Source of the DNA: Pyrobaculum aerophilum str. IM2
GTDB lineage: Archaea > Thermoproteota > Thermoprotei > Thermoproteales > Thermoproteaceae
NCBI RefSeq assembly: GCF_000007225.1
Contig: NC_003364.1
Coordinates: forward strand, 720,001-752,000
Direction: 5' to 3'
Length of the DNA: 32,000 nucleotides
Shown: in pieces, positions 6,753-13,590 of the stretch
How positions within the stretch are numbered: the stretch's first letter is position 1
Layout: every line of letters begins with the position of its first letter
Position numbers and translations under genes: made by a program
Notes under the pieces: model-generated
What the model was told of the DNA's origin: nothing
Seen by the model: only the letters and a program-made list of their open reading frames with translations
Database searches by the model: none

Positions 6753-7532
6753 CTATTTTAAAATTTTTTCAAGAGCGGTTTTGAAAAATAAGTCAGGGTC
6801 TAGCGCTGTCAGTACTCCAAAATCAGTGATAAGCGCGTCGAGTAGGCGGTGGGGAATTCTGTCGAAAAGGGGGACTGGGGTTTTATGGCCCCCCACATCG
6901 GCGGCTATTTCCAATGGCTTGGGGGCCGGCAATGGGACTGCCTTGTAGCTCTCGAAAACTGCCGCTGTCCTCGCGCCTAGCGCCTTGGCCGTTGCCAGTA
7001 GGGGGAGGGATCCCACTTTATTTACTGCGTAGTCTCTGTAATACCCGTCGAGGCCTATGACGGCCATATCGTAGTCAAATGCGCCGACTGCCGAATCTGG
7101 GATTGGCACGACGCGGGCGAATTTAGAATAGGCGGTAAAGGCCTCTGAGAACTCTACGCCGGGCTTGCTCTCGGCGAGGTATACTACCTCTAGGCAGTTG
7201 CTCAACGAGGCTAATAGCCTCGTGACGGCTCTGCTGAAGCTAATAGTGGCGACGCGCCTTGGGCACCCAGCGGCGGATACCGCCTCGTCAAGCCTCCTCT
7301 TCGCCTCCTCTGCGTAGATAGAGACTTTCAAAGCGGCTTTACGCAAGTCAACTCCCCTCCCGGCGGCCTCTTTGAGGACGAGGTATAAGAAGTCCAGAGA
7401 CGCCATTCCCGGCCTTAAACTCCTAATTCTCTCCGCCACCGCCAGGGGGTCCTCGGAGCCAGCCACTATTTCCACAGCCCTCTCTAAGTACCAACTAGCC
7501 CCCTTTATCCACTCGTTGCTGAGGCCTTCCAC
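6753..7532 (-). CDS. eIF-2B alpha/beta/delta-related (IF-2B family) protein, short form
   Basis: 259 aa. The C-terminal region 'MAVIGLDGYYRDYAVNKVGSLPLLATAKALGARTAAVFESYK' resembles the IF-2B family core (GAD..NG..NK.GT..LA..A). TATA-like element on the minus strand at about 7550-7562. Confidence 0.5.
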   Translation of the reverse strand: MEGLSNEWIKGASWYLERAVEIVAGSEDPLAVAERIRSLRPGMASLDFLYLVLKEAAGRGVDLRKAALKVSIYAEEAKRRLDEAVSAAGCPRRVATISFSRAVTRLLASLSNCLEVVYLAESKPGVEFSEAFTAYSKFARVVPIPDSAVGAFDYDMAVIGLDGYYRDYAVNKVGSLPLLATAKALGARTAAVFESYKAVPLPAPKPLEIAADVGGHKTPVPLFDRIPHRLLDALITDFGVLTALDPDLFFKTALEKILK

Positions 7533-7613
7533 TATACGGCAATTGCCCCAGTTTTTTAACTATTTGTGCACGGAGTTGTGCTCACCCCGCCGTAGTGTAA
7601 AACGCCCTGTGCA

Positions 7614-7623
7614 TTTATAAATA
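7614..7623 (+). promoter_or_regulatory. TATA box for the ABC transporter operon
   Basis: 'TTTATAAATA' is centred 24 nt upstream of the GTG at 7642. Confidence 0.5.
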
Positions 7624-7641
7624 CAGAACAGCTATAAGAGC

Positions 7642-8370
7642 GTGTCGCTGAGAGTAGAACACGTCACGGTTTACAGGCAGGGGGAGGTCGTGCTACACGA
7701 CATCTCTTTTACGGCATCAAAAGAATTCGTCTTAATCGCCGGGCCAAACGGCGCGGGTAAGACCACGCTTTTCTTGGCAATTCTCGGCGTGATTAATCAC
7801 GAGGGGAGAATATGCATTAATGGCGAATGCGGGCCCGAGCGGGCGCAGAGAATAGGATACGTGCCGCAGATCTTATTAAGGGAATCTTACGCCACAGTTT
7901 GGGAGTACGTATACCTACCGGCGAAGTTCAGAAAGGGCAGAGAGGCGCGGAGGAGAGCAGAGGAAGCTCTGAGGACGGTGGAGTTATTTGAATTAAGAGA
8001 CAGGCCGATAACAGCCCTATCCGGCGGCCAGCTACATAGAGCCGCAATAGCCAGAGCCCTAGCTGTAGGCGGAGAAGTGCTTCTGCTAGACGAGCCCTTG
8101 GCAAACGTAGACCCCCAGGGGAGAGTGGAGTTGCTGAGGTTGTTGAGAGATTTGAAAAAAGACAAGACTATTCTAATGACCTCCCACGAGCTGAGCCTGC
8201 CCTCCGACCTCGCCGATAAAATCCTTATAGTGAATAAAAAACTAGTCGCCTACGGCCCCCCCGATGCCGTGCTTAGAGAAGAGGTGCTCTCGAGAGTGTA
8301 TAGATATGTAAAAGTGGCAAAAACACAGTATGGCTACGTCTGCGTAACTGAGGATTATGGCCACCATTGA
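7642..8370 (+). CDS. ABC transporter ATP-binding protein (metal/ZnuC-like)
   Basis: Walker A 'GPNGAGKTT', signature 'LSGGQ', Walker B 'LLLDEP', and an H-loop 'TSHE'. Overlaps the permease gene by 14 nt. Confidence 0.85.
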   Translation: MSLRVEHVTVYRQGEVVLHDISFTASKEFVLIAGPNGAGKTTLFLAILGVINHEGRICINGECGPERAQRIGYVPQILLRESYATVWEYVYLPAKFRKGREARRRAEEALRTVELFELRDRPITALSGGQLHRAAIARALAVGGEVLLLDEPLANVDPQGRVELLRLLRDLKKDKTILMTSHELSLPSDLADKILIVNKKLVAYGPPDAVLREEVLSRVYRYVKVAKTQYGYVCVTEDYGHH

Positions 8371-9232
8371 AGTTATTGCGGCTGTCTTAACGGCGGCCGC
8401 ATTGGCCCATGCCTATTTTGCAACGCCTTTGCTGTTCTGGCCTCTGGTCTCTCTAGTGCTCACTGCAGTGGTATTGGCCATGCACAGCCCCCTAGCTCTC
8501 AGCAGGAGGATGACCTTTCTGGCCCACGCCCAGGGGCACAGCATTTTAACAGCGGCTTTGGCGGCCGCGGTAACAACCGCCCTAATTAAAGGCGGATTAA
8601 CGTCGTTTTACTTATTTGTACTATTCTTCGCAATACTCCTAAACCTGTCTGTCCTGGCTGCGGGAAGGCTTGGGTATAGGGAAGACGTCGCCACTGGCGT
8701 GGTGATGTCGCTTCAAATAACTGCCACAATCGCTCTGTTGTTTGTTGTGAGAATGGTTTTGCCGACATCAGTGGACCCCCTGGCATTAATAACGGGGGAG
8801 TACGTGCTGGTGAGTTGGAGCGACGTGTTGATGCAAACGCCCTTTCTCTTAATCTCCGCCCTTTTCCCACTGTTATACGGCGCGAAGTATTTATACGCCG
8901 CCATTGATGAAAATTACGCTGAGGCCATTGGGCTAAAGCCGCGCCTCATGGACAACTTATTCCTAATCTCTATGTCCGTCGCCGTGGCCGCCAGCGTATA
9001 TACTCTTGGATCGCTTATGCCGGCGGTTCTGTTAGTGATGCCGGGGGCAATAGCCGTGAGGTACACCCAGAGCCTAACTCGCCAAGTGCCAATCGCCGTC
9101 TCCGTGGCGCTTATATCTGTAGCCGTTGCCCACTTCATTTATACCTTAATTCCATGGCTCTGGCCAAGCGCAGCCATAGGCATAGTGTTGTTAATACTCC
9201 TAAAGCCATTTAAGAAAGGGCCTCCGGCTTGA
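8357..9232 (+). CDS. ABC-3 family (ZnuB/MntB-like) metal transporter permease
   Basis: 291 aa and polytopic. The motif 'AIDENYAEAIGLKPRLMDNLFLISMSVAVAASVYTLGSLMPAVLLVMPGAIA' is typical of ABC-3 permeases. Confidence 0.8.
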   Translation: MATIEVIAAVLTAAALAHAYFATPLLFWPLVSLVLTAVVLAMHSPLALSRRMTFLAHAQGHSILTAALAAAVTTALIKGGLTSFYLFVLFFAILLNLSVLAAGRLGYREDVATGVVMSLQITATIALLFVVRMVLPTSVDPLALITGEYVLVSWSDVLMQTPFLLISALFPLLYGAKYLYAAIDENYAEAIGLKPRLMDNLFLISMSVAVAASVYTLGSLMPAVLLVMPGAIAVRYTQSLTRQVPIAVSVALISVAVAHFIYTLIPWLWPSAAIGIVLLILLKPFKKGPPA

Positions 9233-9235
9233 GGC

Positions 9236-9416
9236 GCATGGAGCCGGCGAGGGTCAGATGAGCCACGGACGCCCTCGCTTTTGACGCAACTAGCCGGGCG
9301 AATTTGTTGCCAGGCGGGGGTTCGGAAGTAGCCGCCACGGCTGGTTTTAACAAAGCCCCGCGGGCGCCCGGCAGGGGTTGGTTGAAATTATTCAGCTCCG
9401 CCTATTACAAAGCGGG
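9236..9416 (+). other. GC-rich, highly self-complementary non-coding stretch (3' UTR structure or unknown ncRNA)
   Basis: Four helices are visible. Hairpin: GCGAGGG 9247-9253 with CCCTCGC 9272-9278. An 11-bp helix: CTAGCCGGGCG 9290-9300 with CGCCACGGCTGG 9333-9344 (one bulged A). CCCC 9356-9359 pairs with GGGG 9374-9377 around the palindrome CGGGCGCCCG at 9361-9370. A closing pair: GGAGC 9240-9244 with GCTCC 9395-9399. No ORF of 60 aa or more. Confidence 0.25.
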
Positions 9417-9425
9417 TTTTTCTTT
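9398..9425 (+). terminator. short hairpin plus oligo-T terminator
   Basis: CCGC 9398-9401 pairs with GCGG 9412-9415, followed by TTTTT (9417-9421), C, then TTT. Confidence 0.4.
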
Positions 9426-9482
9426 GCGAGTTCCGGCGTTGTCAGAAAGGCAGGGGGGTGGAGGGTAGAGTAGGGGGAAACC

Positions 9483-9492
9483 TTTATATTTA
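9483..9492 (+). promoter_or_regulatory. TATA box for the coiled-coil surface protein gene
   Basis: 'TTTATATTTA' is centred 24 nt upstream of the ATG at 9511. Confidence 0.5.
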
Positions 9493-9510
9493 CAGTAGTT
9501 AATTTTGGGT

Positions 9511-10701
9511 ATGCGATCTTTCGTTATGCTCCTGGCCCTGACAGTATTGGCCTTCGCCGTCTCGCTTACGGATCACTTCACGTCGCCCCCCATAGAGGTC
9601 CTCGTCACAAGAACTGACCAGTGGGTTTTCTGCCAAAACTACGGCGTAACTATTCAGATTAAGGCCATGGAGCCGGTGACTGTTAACAAAGTAGAGGTCA
9701 TCGCTAAGTTCTACCCCGAGGGCACGTTAGTGCCCACTGTAGATAGGCGGAGCTTCAACGGCTTTTCTCTCAGCACGGGAGACGTCAAGCAAATAGCTCT
9801 GTCTTTTAACTACTGTCCTCAGAGAGTTATAGATCCCCTAATTCTGTTGGAGATTTGGATATATCTGCCTAACTACACTCTGTCATATAATTATTACATC
9901 GGGAGAGTGCTCCCCTCGACTTACGAAGACTTGGCGAATTACGCGGCGAGTTTAGAGCAGAAAGTAGAAGACCTCTCCGCCCAGATAGATCAGTTAAAAC
10001 AGAAAATCGCCGACCTACAAGCCCAGCTGAAAAACAAAGAGGCGCAGATAGCCAATTTAACCTCGCTTCTCTCCGCGGCCAGGCTTGACAACGACAGATT
10101 AGCCGCGGCGCTTGCGCAAGTGAGGGCGGAGCGGGACGCCTTAAGGGCCCAGCTAGAGCAGACCCAGGCCCAGTTAAACGCCGTGAGCCAAGCCAAGGCG
10201 GCGCTAGAGGCCCAGTTGGCGGAAACCCGTAAACAGCTGGAGGAGCTTAAGGCGTCTTACGACGAGCTCTCTGGCCAGTACACAGACGCCCAGAGGACAA
10301 TTGCCGATTTACAGGCGAGGCTGTCTGAGCTCCAGCAGCGCTACGACGAGCTGTCAAAGGCGGAGCAACAGCTGAGAGAGCAGTACTACAGCCTCTCGGC
10401 TAAATACAGCGAATTAAATGGCCGCTACGACGAGCTGTCAAAAGCCTATGAAGAAGCCCGTATGAATTTGGAGATGTTGCAGAACAGGTACAGCGAGTTG
10501 AACACCGGCTTCACTTGGGCTTTAAATACCGCCACGGCGCTGGGAATAGCCTTGTTATTCGTCATCGCGCTATTCTTCAGCCGGAAGAGAGTGCAGCCGG
10601 CCCCAGCCCCCGCCCAGCCCCCGGCGACGGCGAGGGGGGCCGTAATAATTGAAGAAAAGCCTAAGGAGAATCTCGTCAAGTGGCCCGCCACGGCTGAGTA
10701 A
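9511..10701 (+). CDS. type I membrane protein: signal peptide, beta-rich head, ~190-aa coiled-coil stalk, C-terminal TM anchor
   Basis: Start taken at ATG 9511 (the track uses TTG 9505). Signal-like 'MRSFVMLLALTVLAFAV'. Heptad-rich Q/A/L/E segment from about 'YEDLANYAASLEQ' to 'RYSELN'. TM helix 'ATALGIALLFVIALFF' followed by 'SRKR' and a Pro/Ala-rich tail. Confidence 0.7.
   Translation: MRSFVMLLALTVLAFAVSLTDHFTSPPIEVLVTRTDQWVFCQNYGVTIQIKAMEPVTVNKVEVIAKFYPEGTLVPTVDRRSFNGFSLSTGDVKQIALSFNYCPQRVIDPLILLEIWIYLPNYTLSYNYYIGRVLPSTYEDLANYAASLEQKVEDLSAQIDQLKQKIADLQAQLKNKEAQIANLTSLLSAARLDNDRLAAALAQVRAERDALRAQLEQTQAQLNAVSQAKAALEAQLAETRKQLEELKASYDELSGQYTDAQRTIADLQARLSELQQRYDELSKAEQQLREQYYSLSAKYSELNGRYDELSKAYEEARMNLEMLQNRYSELNTGFTWALNTATALGIALLFVIALFFSRKRVQPAPAPAQPPATARGAVIIEEKPKENLVKWPATAE
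10258..10446 (+). repeat. 84-nt (28-aa, four-heptad) periodic repeat inside the coiled-coil gene
   Basis: 'TACGACGAGCT(C/G)TC' (YDELS) recurs at 10258, 10342 and 10426. Copies 2 and 3 share a 21-nt identity, 'CGCTACGACGAGCTGTCAAA(G/A)', at 10339 and 10423. A related 'TACAGCGAGTTG' (YSEL) lies at 10489. Confidence 0.7.
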
Positions 10702-10870
10702 AATTTTTAGACAAACTCCCGTTTTTCTGCAGTGAGGCACATCTGAGCCTCTGAGCGGTGAGGAGACGGCGGATTGCCGATTGAAACTTTATTTATGCCA
10801 ATGACATCCTGTCTGTGCTGGGCAGTATACCATTCGGCTCTGGGGCAACGTATCTTCAGCAGTTAGGCAT

Positions 10871-11941
10871 ATGCTGTGGTTCCTCTTAACTACCGGCGCT
10901 TGTAATTTAAAGTGTAGATACTGCGGGGGGTCTTTCAACCCAGCGCACTCTCCGTGGCGGCCTAGAGCCAGTGCAAGAGAGGTGGCGGGTTTTATATCTA
11001 AGATAGACGCCAGCCCCGTTGTCTTCTTCTACGGGGGAGAGCCGCTGGTAAATCCCAGCTACGTGCTGGAGGTAATGGAGGCTCTCGGCGGCGCTAAGTT
11101 CGGCATTCAGACAAACGGCACTTTAGTGAAGAGGCTACCGCCGGAGGCGTGGAGACGCTTTTCCACGGTGTTGCTATCAATAGACGGCCCCCGGGAGTTG
11201 ACCGACTTCAACAGAGGGAATGGCGTATACGACAGAGTTTTGGAAGCCCTCCGGTGGTTGAAACACGAGGTAAACTGCAAGTGCAAGGTAATTGCAAGGA
11301 TGGCAGTCACTAGGGAGTCCAGGCTCTACCGCGACGTAACTCACCTCCTCAGCCTGGGGTTTGACGCTGTCCACTGGCAACTCAACGTGATTTGGACTGA
11401 TGAGTGGGGCCCTAGGGAGTTTTTAAAGTGGGCTGAGGAGAGTTATCTCCCCGACGTGGAGAGGCTGAGGGATCTCTTCCTCTCAGAGGCAGAGCGGGGG
11501 CGGGTGCTGGGCATAATTCCATTTCTAGGTATTTACAGGGCATTGTTAATTAGGCCGTACGACTGGGTGCCTTGTGGGGCTGGAAAATACGCATATGCTA
11601 TAAATACGGACGGCCGCGTGTTGCACTGTCCCATTGCCGTTTCTGAGAAGTGGGCCAACGCGGGACATATAAAAATTGGCATAACTAACGGCGTAAGGCT
11701 CAAGGATAAGTGTCTAATTTGTGAATATCGCCATGTATGTGGGGGAAGGTGTCTCTATACACACTACGAGGACTTCTGGGGCGAGGAGGGTTTTGATGCC
11801 GTATGTCACGTCACGAAAAAAACCATAAGAATTCTTGAGGAGGCCTTGCCCTACATTTTCCAGCTCATTAAAGATGGAGTTATTCGTAGAGAAGACATTG
11901 ACTACGACCCGCTTTTAGACTCCACTGAGGTAATTCCTTAA
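10871..11941 (+). CDS. radical SAM enzyme with complete C-terminal SPASM domain
   Basis: 356 aa. Radical SAM cluster 'CNLKCRYC' (CX3CX2C) and the GGE-like motif 'FFYGGEPL'. SPASM signature 'CGAGKYAYAINTDGRVLHC' (CX12GX4C) plus 'CLICEYRHVCGGRC' (CX2CX5CX3C) plus a later 'C' in 'AVCHV'. Confidence 0.85.
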   Translation: MLWFLLTTGACNLKCRYCGGSFNPAHSPWRPRASAREVAGFISKIDASPVVFFYGGEPLVNPSYVLEVMEALGGAKFGIQTNGTLVKRLPPEAWRRFSTVLLSIDGPRELTDFNRGNGVYDRVLEALRWLKHEVNCKCKVIARMAVTRESRLYRDVTHLLSLGFDAVHWQLNVIWTDEWGPREFLKWAEESYLPDVERLRDLFLSEAERGRVLGIIPFLGIYRALLIRPYDWVPCGAGKYAYAINTDGRVLHCPIAVSEKWANAGHIKIGITNGVRLKDKCLICEYRHVCGGRCLYTHYEDFWGEEGFDAVCHVTKKTIRILEEALPYIFQLIKDGVIRREDIDYDPLLDSTEVIP

Positions 11942-11969
11942 CTTTATATCTCCCAAGTCAGTTAAAAAC

Positions 11970-13045
11970 GTGTATTTCTACCCGAGGCCCAAGACGTCTA
12001 GAGAGGATTTATTTGACGGAGAGGCTGAGGTTGAGGCAGTTAAGGCGTTAAGCGCCCCCATTATGCTCGTGTTAGGCATGCGCAGAGCTGGGAAGTCCTC
12101 AGTGTTATTAGTGGCCGCCTCGGAGCTGTCACATCCCGTCATTTATATAGACGCGGGAAAATTTGAGACTAGAGCTGTATCTTACTTTTAAACACATTGC
12201 AGAGGCGTCGGCCCCGCCGATGAGGAAATACCCCAAGCTAAGGGAATTTTTAAAAAGATTAAGGGAGTGTCGGTGACAGTGTTTGAAATAAGTATTTCTT
12301 GGAAAGAGGGGAGGGGCTCTCTAGTGGAGATTTTAGAGAGGTTAGATCGGTGGGCAGAAAAAACGGTCAGAGGGCAGTGGTGGCAATTGACGAGGCCCAG
12401 GAGCTCATAAAGCTTAAGGGGTTTGGTCTATTGAAAATCTTGGCGTATTCCTACGATAATTTACGCCGGGTATATTTTGTTATGAGTGGGTTTAAAATAG
12501 GGCTTTTAAAGAGGTTTTTAAAACTCGAAAAAACAGATTCTCCCCTCTTTGGCCGGTATATGCAAATAGTGGAGCTGAGGCCGTTTACCCTCCAAGAGGC
12601 TGTGAGGTTTCTAGTAGAGGGGTGCAGACAGTACGGAGTAGATCCGCCCAACGCAGAGAGGGTCTACAGGGCGCTTGGTGGCCTGCCCGGCTGGCTAACG
12701 TACTTCGGCTATACTTACGTCAATACTAAGAGGGAGGAGGAGAGTATAAGTCAAACTGTCTCTTATGCCGTGGAGCTCATTGGGCAAGAATTTTATCACT
12801 TCCTCCTCGGGCGGGAGGCCGCCGAGAGGAGATACCGCGTCATAATGGAGACGGCGGCTGAATGCGCCAGTTAGTCGGAACTAAAAAGAGCAGTAGAGGT
12901 GGCCGAGGGAAGGCACATAAACGACGCAGAAATAACACGCCTTGTGAAAAACCTTGTAGACTACAGGTTTCTTGAGAAAAGAGGCGACATATACTGTCCC
13001 TCTGATCCTCTAATAGCCGCGGCCCTCAAGAGGAGAAGACAGTAA
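11970..13045 (+). pseudogene. decayed archaeal P-loop ATPase (Arch_ATPase/COG1672-like with C-terminal wHTH)
   Basis: The family-typical protein can be followed through four frame segments. (1) 11970-12188: 'YFYPRPKTSREDLFDGEAEVEAV...GMRRAGKSS...YIDAGKFE'. (2) 12190-12273. (3) about 12225-12362: 'KGVSVTVFEISISWKE...LERLDRWAEK'. (4) 12359-12871: 'NGQRAVVAIDEAQELIKL...'. An in-frame TAG at 12872-12874 sits where W is expected ('CAS*SELKRAVEV'), and the frame then continues to a TAA at 13043-13045 ('LVKNLVDYRFLEKRGDIYCPSDPL'). The third frameshift lies in the A6 run at 12358-12363. Confidence 0.7.
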
Positions 13046-13141
13046 TGGAGATTCTCAGACAATAAAAATACCTGTGTATAGATCTACACGCATAACCACA
13101 TCTGTTTGCTATTGTTGAGAAGGATAAAATAGCGTTGAAGC

Positions 13142-13151
13142 ATATTTATAT
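13142..13151 (+). promoter_or_regulatory. TATA box for the chaperone/RHH/molybdoenzyme cluster
   Basis: 'ATATTTATAT' is centred about 23 nt upstream of the ATG at 13169. Confidence 0.5.
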
Positions 13152-13168
13152 GAAAAGTTTCGTTAAGT

Positions 13169-13588
13169 ATGGATCGCTCCGCTTTTTACCTATCAATTCT
13201 CCTAATACTCCGCGGGGAGCTTCCGCCAAGCAAACTAGGCTTAGATAATGACGTGGATTGCGACGTAACTAAGATTAACGCCTCTGAAATTAGAAAAGAC
13301 TTAGATCGAGTCACTAGATCTCTTTTGTCAAAAGCGCTGGCCCAGTTTTATGAAAACTACGGATTTGAGGCTGAGGAGAGGCCAGACAATTTGGTCACAA
13401 TGGTGGCGTTTATGGCGCAATTGGCGAGGATAGAATCTGAGGAGTCATTAAAGGGACAGCTCAGATTTCTAAACACCCATCTACTCCCCACTCTTAAATA
13501 CGCCGTGGAAATATGCCCCTCGCTTAGGCAAATTTATGAAATACTGGCAGAGGACGCAAAGACATTAAAACTCATACTTACTAGTTAG
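13169..13588 (+). CDS. TorD/DmsD/NarJ-like redox-enzyme maturation chaperone (compact form)
   Basis: 139 aa. N-terminal 'RSAFYLSILLILRGELPP', central 'ERPDNLVTMVAFMAQL' (cf. the E-PDH...EL.FM..L motif of TorD-family chaperones), and C-terminal 'FLNTHLLP'. Located directly upstream of a Tat-dependent molybdoenzyme. Confidence 0.5.
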   Translation: MDRSAFYLSILLILRGELPPSKLGLDNDVDCDVTKINASEIRKDLDRVTRSLLSKALAQFYENYGFEAEERPDNLVTMVAFMAQLARIESEESLKGQLRFLNTHLLPTLKYAVEICPSLRQIYEILAEDAKTLKLILTS

Positions 13589-13590
13589 AA

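Noticed and set aside
9233-9480. Possible SRP (7S) RNA or RNase P RNA, because of 'CCAGGCGGGGGUUCGGAAGUAGCC' and 'GUCAGAAAGGCAGG'
   Set aside because: The helix-8 hallmark (GGAA tetraloop closed correctly, plus the AGCA motif) is not reproduced. The P4 strands (GGAAAGUCC / ACAGAA..GGCUUA with compensating pairing) cannot be formed. The length (~190 nt, with no upstream TATA) is also wrong for SRP RNA. The region is kept only as an unclassified structured region.
9450-9480. G-rich tract 'GGCAGGGGGGTGGAGGGTAGAGTAGGGGG' as a G-quadruplex upstream of the coiled-coil gene TATA
   Set aside because: Only three clean G3+ tracts are separable by loops. A canonical four-tract G4 is not available, so it is more simply a purine-rich upstream promoter region.
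11397-11436. C/D box sRNA: 'CUGAUGA' at 11397-11403 and 'CUGA' at 11433-11436
   Set aside because: It lies on the sense strand inside the rSAM coding region. The spacing is too short for two guide regions, and there are no C'/D' boxes or terminal stem.
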